From assembly GCA_038317155.1 (NCBI GenBank), contig JBBQBC010000001.1, forward strand, positions 20,531 through 84,530: 64,000 nt of DNA, read 5' to 3'. This stretch comes from Bacteroidales bacterium (GTDB taxonomy: Bacteria > Bacteroidota > Bacteroidia > Bacteroidales > Lentimicrobiaceae). The notes beneath the pieces are model-generated. The model made no database searches, was not told the origin of the DNA, and worked only from the letters and a program-made list of their open reading frames with translations. Position 1 is the first letter of the stretch; the number at the start of each line of letters is the position of its first letter. The position numbers were made by a program, and so were the translations under genes. Shown here piece by piece: positions 1 to 9,848 of the stretch.

Positions 1-738
1 AACAGCGGGATTATTCCGGAATACGACCTGGTAAAATCATTTTTTCCAAAGGCTTTTGGTGGAAGAAAAAAGTTTGACGTACATGCCATTATCAATCTGC
101 TGGATTACAAAGTAAGCAGTACTATTGCCTCTTCACCCCAGATCGCACAAATAAATGAATTGCTGATTGAAGGGGTGAAAAATGCCCGGGTTCAGCGTTT
201 CATCAATCTCCCGAAGATAAAAACTGATAAGTCTCTCTTTACGGCCGATGAGTTTTTTGAGTACCCTGACGATAAAAACCGCGACGGCAATATCTTTAAA
301 CAGACAGAACTTGATATACTGATGGCTTCCCTGGGGAAACAGGACCTCAGGAACCGCAGGCAAATTGAATATCTTGCGGGTGCAAAACAGTCACCTGATT
401 ATAAAATCCGCTTTACCCTGAAGCCCGATTTTGGGTTTGTCTTCATGATTGAAGGTGAAACCATGAACCATTTCTGCTGGGAATTGCTCAACAGCCACGC
501 CACTTACCTCTGGTCGTTCTATAAGACCGGAAGTCAGGCTGAGCAACAATATGCACGGGTAGAAAGAATAATCACAGCCATAAGGGAAACCGGGCGTGAA
601 CATTATAAGAATTCTTACCACCATTTGCCCCCGGAACCGGATATGCTGTTTTCGTTAATCCGCCACGACGGTGCGGGTTCGGCAATGGTTGACGGTTTCC
701 CCGAATGGAAACACCGGCTTCAGGAAAGGCTGGTTTAA
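1..738 (+). CDS. hypothetical protein, 5'-truncated by the window edge
   Basis: Frame 1 is open from base 1 to TAA at 736-738. No motif recognised with confidence. Confidence 0.7.
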   Translation, partial: NSGIIPEYDLVKSFFPKAFGGRKKFDVHAIINLLDYKVSSTIASSPQIAQINELLIEGVKNARVQRFINLPKIKTDKSLFTADEFFEYPDDKNRDGNIFKQTELDILMASLGKQDLRNRRQIEYLAGAKQSPDYKIRFTLKPDFGFVFMIEGETMNHFCWELLNSHATYLWSFYKTGSQAEQQYARVERIITAIRETGREHYKNSYHHLPPEPDMLFSLIRHDGAGSAMVDGFPEWKHRLQERLV

Positions 739-829
739 CAGCCCATCCCTTTACCTTAAATCATTCAATTGGCATGGTCATTTTTAAGAAATATTTTTTA
801 AAAAGTATTGAAAACGTAAAATTTCTTTA

Positions 830-837
830 TACTTTTG
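830..837 (+). promoter_or_regulatory. Bacteroidota -7 promoter box (TAnnTTTG)
   Basis: TACTTTTG just upstream of the ATG at 845. Confidence 0.5.
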
Positions 838-844
838 ATCTACG

Positions 845-3800
845 ATGACTCATAACAATAAATCCGGCATTATAAAAATCAGAACATTCTTGTTGCTGAT
901 GACTTTCCTTTCCGTGTTTTTTAGCGGATATGGACAAAAAAATATCGATCCGTTTGGGAACCGAGACGAAGCTTACTTCTTTTTCAGGATTGAATCAAAG
1001 GCTGAACTGAAAACAATTTCGCGACAAATCTCCATTGATAACTATAAAAATGATACCGTCTGGGCATATGCAAACCGGAGGGAGTTTGAAAGATTTTCAG
1101 CTTCAGGTTACAACATCCGGTTTCTTCCTCACCCCGGCGATGGCCCGGGTGTGATTATGCAGAATCAGGTTAATCTGCTGAAAGGCACAAAAACCGCCTG
1201 GAATTTCTATCCCACCTATCCGGCTTATGAAACTCTGATGGCTGATTTTCAGGCCATGTACCCGGATCTTTGCCAGATTCAAACCATCACCACGCTGCCC
1301 AGTGGCAGAAAAATTCTGGTCGCCAAAATCTCTGACAATGTTGCCACCGATGAGGCCGAACCTGAATTTCTCTATACTTCGTCCATGCATGGCGATGAGA
1401 CAACGGGTTATGTGCTTATGCTTCAGTTGATTGAATATCTGCTTCAGAATTACGGTACCAATCCGGAGGCAACTGATCTGGTTAACAACATGGAGATCTA
1501 CATCAATCCATTGGCCAATCCCGATGGCACTTATTACGGGGGCAATAATTCCGTGAGTGGAGCCAGACGGTACAACATAAATGGCGTTGACCTTAACCGC
1601 AACTATCCCGATCCTGAAAACGGAGAGCACCCTGATGGAAACGCCTGGCAACCCGAAACGATAGCCTTTATGAATTTTGCATCGCAGCGTGATTTTGTGG
1701 CTGCAGCCAATTTTCACGGGGGCGCTGAAGTCGTCAATTATCCGTGGGATACCTGGGCAACCCGCTCTGCCGACGACGACTGGTGGCAGTTTGTAAGCCG
1801 CGAATATGCTGATACCGTTCATCTGCACGCCCCCGCATCTTATATGGATTTCCTGGACAATGGAATTACCAATGGTTACGACTGGTACGAAGTAGCCGGC
1901 GGCCGGCAGGATTACATGAATTATTTCCACCATTGCCGCGAATTCACTATTGAGATTTCCAACACAAAACTTCTGCCCGCGGCTCAACTTCCGGCCCACT
2001 GGAATTATAATCACCGGTCGCTGATTTTGTATATGAAACAGGCCACCTATGGTTTCCGGGGGTTGATTACCGACCAGTTAACCGGTATGCCGGTGAATGC
2101 AAAGATTACCTTAACCGGCCACGATAACAACAATTCAGAAGTTTTCGCCACATCGCTGCACGGTGATTATTACCGTCCTGTAAAAGCAGGTACCTATACG
2201 GTTGAGGTTTCGGCACCCTGTTATATTACCCAGATTTTAACGAATCAAACGATTTCAGATTACAACGCACTCCTGCTGAATGTGCAGTTGGAACCTTCGG
2301 CGGGTGTCAATACCGCTGCTGTTACTACAGTTACTGCAAATACAGCCATTTCGGGTGGAGAAGTTCTTTGCGAAGGATCATCACCCATTTCAGTCAGAGG
2401 CGTGTGCTGGAGTTCAACTACTAATCCGTCACTTTCCGATCCTCATACAACTGATGGCTCAGGAACAGGAGCATTTGTCAGTATAATTTCAGGATTGTCT
2501 GCCAGCTCCACTTATCATTTGAGGGCTTATGCCACCAACATCCAGGGAACTGTTTACGGAGAGAACATAACGTTCACAACCAGTTGTGGTTCTGTATCCC
2601 TTCCATTTTCCGACAATTTTGGCGGAACCGGATTCCCCGCATGCTGGTCAACAAGCGTCACAGGCTCAGGAGTAATTCCCAACTGGAGTATATCCAATAC
2701 TTCGAATGCAGGTGGGAGTGCCCCTGAAATGATGTCAACCTGGCAGAACAGTAATCCTGCCAGTACACGCCTGGTTATCCCTCCGCTGAACACAACCAGA
2801 CAAACCCTGTTGAACCTGTCCTTCAGGCACATGCTTGATGCTTACGGAACAGGGGCTACGTTGAAAGTTCAATCTTCCTCCGATGGCATAAACTGGACAG
2901 ATGAAACATGGTCAGTTGCCACAACCTCTTCCAACATTCCCGCTACTGTTGTCAATACAACCATAGCCAGTAACCTCAATACTTCAACAACTTATATTGC
3001 ATTTACGGTTACGGGAAATCTTTACCAATACGACAACTGGTATATCGATGAGGTTTCGGTTACCGGAACATTTGTGCCAACACTTGCAGTTACCCCATCT
3101 ACCCAGAATGTCGGTGCAACCGCAGGTTCAGTAATTTTTTCGGTTGAATCCAATTCGGGATGGACTGCTACATCTGATCAACCTTGGTGCAGTGTAAGCC
3201 CTTCGGGGAGCGGTAATGGAATCATTACTGCCTCTTATGAAGAAAATGTTTCTGAAACTCCGAGGAGTGCAGTTATTACAGTCAGTGTTTCAGGCCTTGC
3301 CTCGGTTGAAGTAACCCTTTTCCAGTCGGCTGCTCCGGACCGGACGCTTAACCTTACACTGTTTATGGAGGGCCTGTTTAACGAAACCGGTATGAACAAA
3401 GCTCAGGATGAAAATGGTGATCGGTATCCGGATAATATAGCGGATGAGATCGTGGTTGAGCTGCACCATGCCACAGAACCCTATGCAACGGCCGGTGGAC
3501 CTTATACTACTGGCCTTCATACGGATGGTACGGCACAACTGAGCATCCCTGTATCGCTGTCCTCGGACTACTTCATCGTTATAAAGCACCGCAACAGCCT
3601 TGAAACCTGGAATAGCAGCCCGGTTTCGTTCAGTGGGACTTCAGTCAGTTATAATTTTACCACCGCTGCATCCCAGGCATTCGGGAACAATCTCAAACCG
3701 ATATCGGGTGTATTTGTAATTTACGGAGGCGATGTAAATCAGGATGGCGTGGTAGATTCAGCAGATATGACCCCGGTTGACAATGATGCAACCTTCTATT

Positions 3801-3910
3801 TATCAGGTTATCTGGCCACTGATGTGAATGGGGACGGAATTATTGACACTTCAGATATGACTATCCTCGATAATAATTCTGCATCATATATCGGTGTGAT
3901 TGCGCCCTGA
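845..3910 (+). CDS. secreted M14 zinc carboxypeptidase with carboxypeptidase-regulatory, FN3-like, BACON and C-terminal dockerin-like/EF-hand domains
   Basis: Signal peptide; M14 motifs MHGDE, NPDG, DLNRNYP, FHGG, FTIEIS; BACON-like SDQPWCSVSPSGSGNG; two GDVNxDG-type repeats at the C-terminus. Confidence 0.85.
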   Translation: MTHNNKSGIIKIRTFLLLMTFLSVFFSGYGQKNIDPFGNRDEAYFFFRIESKAELKTISRQISIDNYKNDTVWAYANRREFERFSASGYNIRFLPHPGDGPGVIMQNQVNLLKGTKTAWNFYPTYPAYETLMADFQAMYPDLCQIQTITTLPSGRKILVAKISDNVATDEAEPEFLYTSSMHGDETTGYVLMLQLIEYLLQNYGTNPEATDLVNNMEIYINPLANPDGTYYGGNNSVSGARRYNINGVDLNRNYPDPENGEHPDGNAWQPETIAFMNFASQRDFVAAANFHGGAEVVNYPWDTWATRSADDDWWQFVSREYADTVHLHAPASYMDFLDNGITNGYDWYEVAGGRQDYMNYFHHCREFTIEISNTKLLPAAQLPAHWNYNHRSLILYMKQATYGFRGLITDQLTGMPVNAKITLTGHDNNNSEVFATSLHGDYYRPVKAGTYTVEVSAPCYITQILTNQTISDYNALLLNVQLEPSAGVNTAAVTTVTANTAISGGEVLCEGSSPISVRGVCWSSTTNPSLSDPHTTDGSGTGAFVSIISGLSASSTYHLRAYATNIQGTVYGENITFTTSCGSVSLPFSDNFGGTGFPACWSTSVTGSGVIPNWSISNTSNAGGSAPEMMSTWQNSNPASTRLVIPPLNTTRQTLLNLSFRHMLDAYGTGATLKVQSSSDGINWTDETWSVATTSSNIPATVVNTTIASNLNTSTTYIAFTVTGNLYQYDNWYIDEVSVTGTFVPTLAVTPSTQNVGATAGSVIFSVESNSGWTATSDQPWCSVSPSGSGNGIITASYEENVSETPRSAVITVSVSGLASVEVTLFQSAAPDRTLNLTLFMEGLFNETGMNKAQDENGDRYPDNIADEIVVELHHATEPYATAGGPYTTGLHTDGTAQLSIPVSLSSDYFIVIKHRNSLETWNSSPVSFSGTSVSYNFTTAASQAFGNNLKPISGVFVIYGGDVNQDGVVDSADMTPVDNDATFYLSGYLATDVNGDGIIDTSDMTILDNNSASYIGVIAP

Positions 3911-3930
3911 CATTGTTTCACAATAAAAAA

Positions 3931-3964
3931 CAAAGCCGGTGAGGAGCTTTCTTCACCGGCTTTG
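3931..3964. terminator. intrinsic terminator hairpin between convergent genes
   Basis: Stem CAAAGCCGGTGA / TCACCGGCTTTG. Confidence 0.75.
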
Positions 3965-3994
3965 CTTTCAGGAATTTCAATTTCTCCAATCGTA

Positions 3995-4477
3995 CTAATT
4001 CAGCACCATCTTCAGCATTTCTTCCGTCTCATTAAACGCTCTGACAATAGTTTGAGCTGCCTCACCGCCAATCATTCCAGCAAAAGCAGGGGCATTCATG
4101 CGTGATACATACGTTCTGCCATCTGCCTTTTCATAAACCGAAACCCGGCAAGGCAGCATGGGTGATACATTCCGGTATTCATCCTTCGACAGAATCTGAA
4201 AGGCATGATTTGGGTTGCACAATTCGATCACCTTTACAGGCATCACTTCTTTACCGTTTTTCTTCATGGTTTCATGCAAATCATGAATTATAGTGACTTT
4301 CCAACCACTTTCAACAATGGCTTTCGATAAAAAGTCAACTGTTTCGCTAAATCCATAGCGACTTTCGTTTTCAATCATTACTGCAGGTTTTTCCATATTT
4401 GATTTCTGTGCTGTTGAAAAAAGGCTGGTCGTTATTAAGATAACTGACATCAGGAGTCTTGTTTTCATAGTTTTCAA
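3995..4477 (-). CDS. DUF302 domain protein with signal peptide
   Basis: IELCNP and MLPCRVSVYE motifs typical of DUF302. Confidence 0.8.
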   Translation of the reverse strand: MKTMKTRLLMSVILITTSLFSTAQKSNMEKPAVMIENESRYGFSETVDFLSKAIVESGWKVTIIHDLHETMKKNGKEVMPVKVIELCNPNHAFQILSKDEYRNVSPMLPCRVSVYEKADGRTYVSRMNAPAFAGMIGGEAAQTIVRAFNETEEMLKMVLN

Positions 4478-4495
4478 TGTTAAAATTTATTGGAA

Positions 4496-4915
4496 TCAGG
4501 CATGCTTAGCAACCTGTTTTATTAGAAAATCTTTCGGCTTAACCCCAACAAAGCGGTCAACCTCTTTGCCATTTTTAAAAAGAATAAGCGTTGGAATTCC
4601 CCTTACACCCTGCTGTTGTGAAATTGACTGAAAATGGTCAACATTCAGTTTGGCAACCGAGGCTTTAAAGTTTTCATCTTCTGCAAGCTCATTCAATACG
4701 GGGCCCATTACCTTGCATGGCATGCACCAATCTGCCCAGAAATCGACCATAACCAGGCCCTTTTTGGTTTGAGCCTGAAAATTCTTATCGGTAAGGGTCA
4801 GTATTTTTTCGCTTTCTGCTACAGCGGCCATATTTTTCATCTTTCGGAATGAGTAAAACATGTAAGCTCCAAATAAAGCAAGCAAAGCAAGGGCAACAAT
4901 AATTCCGGTTGACAT
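4496..4915 (-). CDS. trxA: thioredoxin with N-terminal membrane anchor
   Basis: DFWADWCMPCK active site, GIPTL cis-Pro motif, hydrophobic N-terminus. Confidence 0.9.
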   Translation of the reverse strand: MSTGIIVALALLALFGAYMFYSFRKMKNMAAVAESEKILTLTDKNFQAQTKKGLVMVDFWADWCMPCKVMGPVLNELAEDENFKASVAKLNVDHFQSISQQQGVRGIPTLILFKNGKEVDRFVGVKPKDFLIKQVAKHA

Positions 4916-4916
4916 A

Positions 4917-5879
4917 TTAATGGGTTAAGGATTCGTGTAGATGTTTGGTTTTCTGTTGATGAATATAGTTTGAAGCTGCAAGTGCAGCAACGGTAGCATC
5001 GCCAACCGCAGTGGTAACCTGCCGGTAGCGTTTTACGATGGAATCGCCGGCAGCAAAAACGCCCGGTATGCTGGTCAGCATATCGCTGTCTACGATGATT
5101 TCATTCGATTGATTCATATTGACCAGGCCTTTCAGAAATTCGGTATTGGGAACATAACCTATGAAAATAAACACCCCATCGGTCGGGAAGTTTTGCACAT
5201 CGCCGGTCTTAAGGTTTTTAATATCTACGCCCGACAACTTTTCATCTCCCTTAAACCTTATGATGGACGATTCCATCATAAAGTGGATTTTCGGATTGGC
5301 TTTTGCCTCTTCCACGGCATACTCAAATGCCTGGAAATTATCAAACTGGTGTACGATGGTTACTTTGGTCGCGTATTTTGTAAGCGAAACTGCTTCTTCG
5401 AGGGCAGAGTTTCCACCACCAACCACTACAATCTCCTTTCCGGTAAAGAAATCACCATCGCAGGTAGCGCAATAGGAAATACCCTGCCCCTTGAATTGGG
5501 CTTCACCGGGCATATTCAGTGTCCGTGAACGTCCACCGGGAGTCAGAACTACTGAATCGGCGGTGTAAGTTATTCCATCTGAAAGGGTTACTTCTTTGAT
5601 TTCGCCGGTAAGGTTCAGACTTTCGACCGAAGTATTGCTTTTTATCACACAGCCAAAATTTTTAGCCTGTTTTTTCATGATGTTCGAAAGCTGGTATCCT
5701 GAGATGCTTTCGACACCCGGATAATTGGCTATTTCATGCGTAAGAACCATCTGTCCACCAGGCATACCATCGCTCACGATCAGGGTGCTTAAACGGGCAC
5801 GTGAAAGGTAGATGCCGGCAGTCAATCCTGCCGGCCCTCCACCTATTACGATAGCATTGAAATGAGTTGGGTCAGTCAT
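4917..5879 (-). CDS. trxB: thioredoxin reductase
   Basis: GGGPAG, CATCDG, GGGNSALEEA, PGVFAAGD. Confidence 0.92.
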   Translation of the reverse strand: MTDPTHFNAIVIGGGPAGLTAGIYLSRARLSTLIVSDGMPGGQMVLTHEIANYPGVESISGYQLSNIMKKQAKNFGCVIKSNTSVESLNLTGEIKEVTLSDGITYTADSVVLTPGGRSRTLNMPGEAQFKGQGISYCATCDGDFFTGKEIVVVGGGNSALEEAVSLTKYATKVTIVHQFDNFQAFEYAVEEAKANPKIHFMMESSIIRFKGDEKLSGVDIKNLKTGDVQNFPTDGVFIFIGYVPNTEFLKGLVNMNQSNEIIVDSDMLTSIPGVFAAGDSIVKRYRQVTTAVGDATVAALAASNYIHQQKTKHLHESLTH

Positions 5880-5916
5880 TGTTAGTTTCTTGAGATATTT
5901 GGGTTTTTTAAGCTGC

Positions 5917-6218
5917 GGAAGAATGGATTATTGGAATGTTGGAATATTGATGCATTTGTTTTTGTCCTAAGGGCGTGAGGTTTAGCCCCTGGAAGGGTTG
6001 AACATCACTTAACAGTTCACTGAATGCCAAAGGAATAATAGTTCCCCGCCAGCCACCAGACTGTATTCCATCATTCCATTATTCCATCATGGTTCCTGAG
6101 CGGTGGTTGGTGAGCGTAGTCGAACCAAGTCGAAGGACCATCTTTCCATCATGGTTCCTGAGTGGCGGTTGGTGAGCGCAGTCGAACCAAGTCGAAGGAC
6201 CATCATTCCATTATTCCG
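5917..6218. repeat. convergent octamer arrays (GGAATRTT-like ... TTCCATCA-like) with two nested REP-like palindromes at 6091-6139 and 6153-6201
   Basis: Read directly from the sequence. Confidence 0.8.
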
Positions 6219-6220
6219 GA

Positions 6221-6577
6221 TTAACCGGCAGTTACAGGTACAAACTCTTTTTCAAGGATGGTCTTTACCTGGTTTGCACTCTGAATGCTTGAAGTCGCTT
6301 TAACAAGCTTTCCGTTTTTGTAGTACATGGTAAACGGAATTCCCATAAAGCCGCGAACCTCTGGCACATTGCGGATTACATGAGCTTCAGGATTGTCAAA
6401 TTCCATATCGGCAAATTTAACATGGGCATATTCGCTTTCGAGGTCTTCCATAATTCCATAGACCGGAATACACATCGGGCCCATACGCCCGCAGCAGATC
6501 ATTACGTTTTCGTGCTCATTGATAAGCTTCTGGTGATCAGAAGCAGTTAACAGGTGGTGAAGGTTTGTGTACAACAT
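6221..6577 (-). CDS. thioredoxin-fold protein with atypical CCGRMGPMC site
   Basis: GIPFTMYYKNGKLV thioredoxin C-terminal signature; operon context with trxB. Confidence 0.8.
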   Translation of the reverse strand: MLYTNLHHLLTASDHQKLINEHENVMICCGRMGPMCIPVYGIMEDLESEYAHVKFADMEFDNPEAHVIRNVPEVRGFMGIPFTMYYKNGKLVKATSSIQSANQVKTILEKEFVPVTAG

Positions 6578-6628
6578 CTTATTTGAAGTTTTAGATTAAT
6601 TTTAAGTTTATTGGGATTATTGAGTTTT

Positions 6629-6838
6629 GGAAGAATGGAATATTGGAATATTAGAGTGGATCTGTTATAGCCTGCGGGACTTTGTTTCGCTCCGCATTAT
6701 TCCATCAAAGTTCCTGAGCGGTAGTTGGTGAGCGTAGTCGAACCAAGTCGAAGGACCATCATTCCATCATTCCATATTTCCATCATCCCATCATTCCACT
6801 ATTCCATCATTCCATCTTTCCATCATTCCAACATTCCA
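6629..6838. repeat. convergent octamer arrays, about 10 TTCCATCA-like units at 6757-6838, with a third nested REP-like palindrome at 6710-6757
   Basis: Read directly from the sequence. Confidence 0.8.
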
Positions 6839-7255
6839 CTATTCTACTATTCGAATTTCATAAGTCATCGGCATCGCTTTCTTATACACTGCTGATACTC
6901 CGCAATAGCGGTCCTGTGAAAGGTCAACAGCTTTTTTCAGTTTGTCCATGTCAAGTCCTTCGCCGGAAAACTCGTAGATCAGGTGCATGCCGTTATAATG
7001 TTTTGGATGCTCTTCGGTAAGTTCGGCTTCAATTTTAATGTTAAAGGTCTTCGGTTCAACACGCATTTTTTTCAGAATTGAGATAACATCCATTCCGGTG
7101 CAACCTGCCAGCGAAGCCAGCATCAATGCTTTTGGCCTGGGGCCAGCGTCACTTCCTCCAACATCGGGGCTGGCATCCATAATTACATGGTGTCCGCTAA
7201 CGAGTGCATCGAATTGCATATTGCCGTTCCAGGAGGTATTTATTGTCTGTTTCAT
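6839..7255 (-). CDS. OsmC/Ohr family protein
   Basis: GPRPKALMLASLAGCTG and RYCGVS. Start moved to MKQTIN, downstream of a minus-strand TAATTTTG box. Confidence 0.85.
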   Translation of the reverse strand: MKQTINTSWNGNMQFDALVSGHHVIMDASPDVGGSDAGPRPKALMLASLAGCTGMDVISILKKMRVEPKTFNIKIEAELTEEHPKHYNGMHLIYEFSGEGLDMDKLKKAVDLSQDRYCGVSAVYKKAMPMTYEIRIVE

Positions 7256-7514
7256 TTTTCGGTTTGTTGATGCGGCAAAATTACACCAGCTGAAAATACC
7301 CTGCAAGAAAACAGGCTTTGCCTTACACAAGTCCGCAGTTGAGGTTGCTTAAGTTATTTGTTGAGGAAGAACCGGGAAGGTGTTTTTCCCTTCAATGATA
7401 AGATCAAACGTTTAACAAGGACTGTTGAATGGCTGTTTTGGCATATTCATAGGCACTCATGAGAAATCTGTTTCGGTCGGGAAACCGCTCATAGAATGGC
7501 AGATCTGAACACTT

Positions 7515-9806
7515 TCAGAATTTTACTGTAACCTGCATTGCAAAGGTTCTGGGAGGTCCCACATCAGCCGGCCTGGTCATATATTCGCGGTTGAAAAGGT
7601 TGTTGATGAAAAACGAAATTTTCAGCTTTTTTGCCGGTTGCCAGGCAAACCGCCAGTTTATCAGCACATCTCCGGTGTTATGGACTTTACGGTACTCATG
7701 TAATCCCGGCAGGATAAAAATGGGGAGTCCTACCCCGTTTACCCTCAGCGAGTCTTCAAACGCCAGGTCTATGTTGATTATATAACTGTGATAATCAACA
7801 TTTAAACCACTTGAAAATTGTTTGTACGATACATCGGCCCCGATTTTAATGTTATGATAAAATCGGTATTTCAGGATGTTTTTACTGGTGGAAGCGGTGT
7901 TTTCGTGTTTCCCGAAATCCTTATCCACCGGATTTGTATAGGTATAGCCCACATTAAAACTGTAGGAGACCGGGCCTGCACCGCCTTTTCCGATAAGATT
8001 AACTTCGAATCCGGCAATTCGGGCGTTGGTAATATTGTAGGCTTTGAAGCCCGTGTATTTAAAGAAATCGATCAGGGTCGGTTTTGTGATTTCGGGCGGG
8101 TAATGCTGTCCGAAAGTAAATTCAATCATGTTTTCATATTCTGTCCAGAACAATGCTGCATCGGCATAACCCTGTATCCCACCAAGGGCAAAACCCTGTT
8201 TTACACCCATTTCGGCATTCCAGCCATATTCGGGTTTCAGGGTATCGTTGGGAAAAATCTTCAGTGCCCCTACTTCGGTAGCTGCATATTTTTCAGCTAT
8301 GGTGGGATAACGAAATCCCTGCCCGAAACTGGTTCTCAAAAAAGTATATTTTCCAGCTTGATAATTGATCCCGGCACGCATCAATGGCTTCGATTCCTGC
8401 CGGTTACCACCAATGGATTGCCATTCATAACGCCCACCTAATGAAAACCGCCAGTTAAGATGCCGTTTTTCGGCCTGAAAATAGATAGACTGGTTGTTTG
8501 CAATATGTTTTTCATTCCCAAAAAGATTCGAGCGCGACTGAATATAAGTGACACTGGATCCGAAAGTTACCGACAAATTATTCTCCAAATGCTTCAGATA
8601 CTGATATTCAGCATAGTAAGAGTCATCGTAATTATGGAGGGAATCGCCGTCGTAAGTAACCTGATAGATACGTCCTTTTAAGGTATGCCGGCTTTTATTC
8701 TCTGAGTAGTAGGTAATATGGGGATCAAGATTAAAGCGGGTATTCCTGAAACGTTGGTCAAAAACCGGCGAAGCCCTGTAAACACCTGAGTCGCCATTGA
8801 GCCAGAGCAGAAAATTACCCCCTTCGCTGAACATGAAATTCGAGTTGATGCCTGCTGCCAAACCATTGATTCTTTTGCTTCTGTAACGGGTATTCAGGTT
8901 GAACCGGATGTATTTTTCATTTTCGTTTTCACGATAACCTTTATCGGAATGCACATTGGCGCCGCCTACCAGGTCGAAATTGCCTATTCTGCGGCTGTCT
9001 GAGATCCTTAGCCCCGAATAGTATGGCTGTTTATCCCACCATGCAATTTCGGCACGCTTCGGATTTCCATAAACCCCGCTGTAAGCCGTTATGCTGGTTT
9101 CAGGATTTATGCCCGGATATGCCGTACGGATATTGATGACGCCATTGAGCGCAGATGAACCGTAAAGTGCTGAAGATGCACCTTTCAGCACTTCGATCTG
9201 GCTCAGGTTCTCGAGTGGTACAAAATCCCATTTGGCTTCTCCGCCCCCACCGGTCAGCATGGGCAGGTCATCCAGCAGCAGCAACACCCTCGATCCCACT
9301 CCATAACTGTAACCGTTGCCGCCGCGTATGCTAACCTGATCGTCGAGAAACATTACCCCAGGCACCTGTTGCAAGGCCGTTTCAATAGAAACTGTATGGG
9401 TATTTTCTACTGTAGCCGAACTTAATACCTCCATAGAAACAATTACATCTGAGATCTTCTGCTCATATCGTGAGGCACTGACAACTACTTCGTTAAGCAG
9501 CCTGGCCTGCTCTTCCATTGAAATGTTGAGATTTCTATTTTCTCCACGCTGAAGATTGAGTTCCTGAACTACGGTATTATATCCGATAAACCGGTATTGT
9601 ATTCTAATCTTTCCTTCTTTGGCGACAATAGTATAAAATCCTGAAGTGTCGGTTGTTACGCCTTGCTGCTTGCCATAAAATATATTCACTCCCGGAAGAG
9701 ACTCACCCGTAGAAGCATCAATCACACGGCCTGAAACAACCGGATTTTGAGCAAGTCCAAAACCTGCAGCTGAGAAAAAGCAGAGTAACAGAAACCGGAT
9801 AACCAT
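7515..9806 (-). CDS. TonB-dependent outer-membrane receptor
   Basis: N-terminal CarboxypepD_reg-like domain, LNEVVVSASR, plug motif IEVLKGASSALYGSSALNGVINI, C-terminal Phe. Confidence 0.92.
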   Translation of the reverse strand: MVIRFLLLCFFSAAGFGLAQNPVVSGRVIDASTGESLPGVNIFYGKQQGVTTDTSGFYTIVAKEGKIRIQYRFIGYNTVVQELNLQRGENRNLNISMEEQARLLNEVVVSASRYEQKISDVIVSMEVLSSATVENTHTVSIETALQQVPGVMFLDDQVSIRGGNGYSYGVGSRVLLLLDDLPMLTGGGGEAKWDFVPLENLSQIEVLKGASSALYGSSALNGVINIRTAYPGINPETSITAYSGVYGNPKRAEIAWWDKQPYYSGLRISDSRRIGNFDLVGGANVHSDKGYRENENEKYIRFNLNTRYRSKRINGLAAGINSNFMFSEGGNFLLWLNGDSGVYRASPVFDQRFRNTRFNLDPHITYYSENKSRHTLKGRIYQVTYDGDSLHNYDDSYYAEYQYLKHLENNLSVTFGSSVTYIQSRSNLFGNEKHIANNQSIYFQAEKRHLNWRFSLGGRYEWQSIGGNRQESKPLMRAGINYQAGKYTFLRTSFGQGFRYPTIAEKYAATEVGALKIFPNDTLKPEYGWNAEMGVKQGFALGGIQGYADAALFWTEYENMIEFTFGQHYPPEITKPTLIDFFKYTGFKAYNITNARIAGFEVNLIGKGGAGPVSYSFNVGYTYTNPVDKDFGKHENTASTSKNILKYRFYHNIKIGADVSYKQFSSGLNVDYHSYIINIDLAFEDSLRVNGVGLPIFILPGLHEYRKVHNTGDVLINWRFAWQPAKKLKISFFINNLFNREYMTRPADVGPPRTFAMQVTVKF

Positions 9807-9848
9807 AAGTTTTGGTTATTGATTAAGATAATAAGTGTAACTTTTGAG

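Noticed and set aside
1103-2014. 303-aa minus-strand ORF
   Set aside because: Antisense shadow of the M14 peptidase with no recognisable motifs.
3995-7255. Selenocysteine read-through in the redox cluster
   Set aside because: All catalytic positions are Cys codons in uninterrupted frames.
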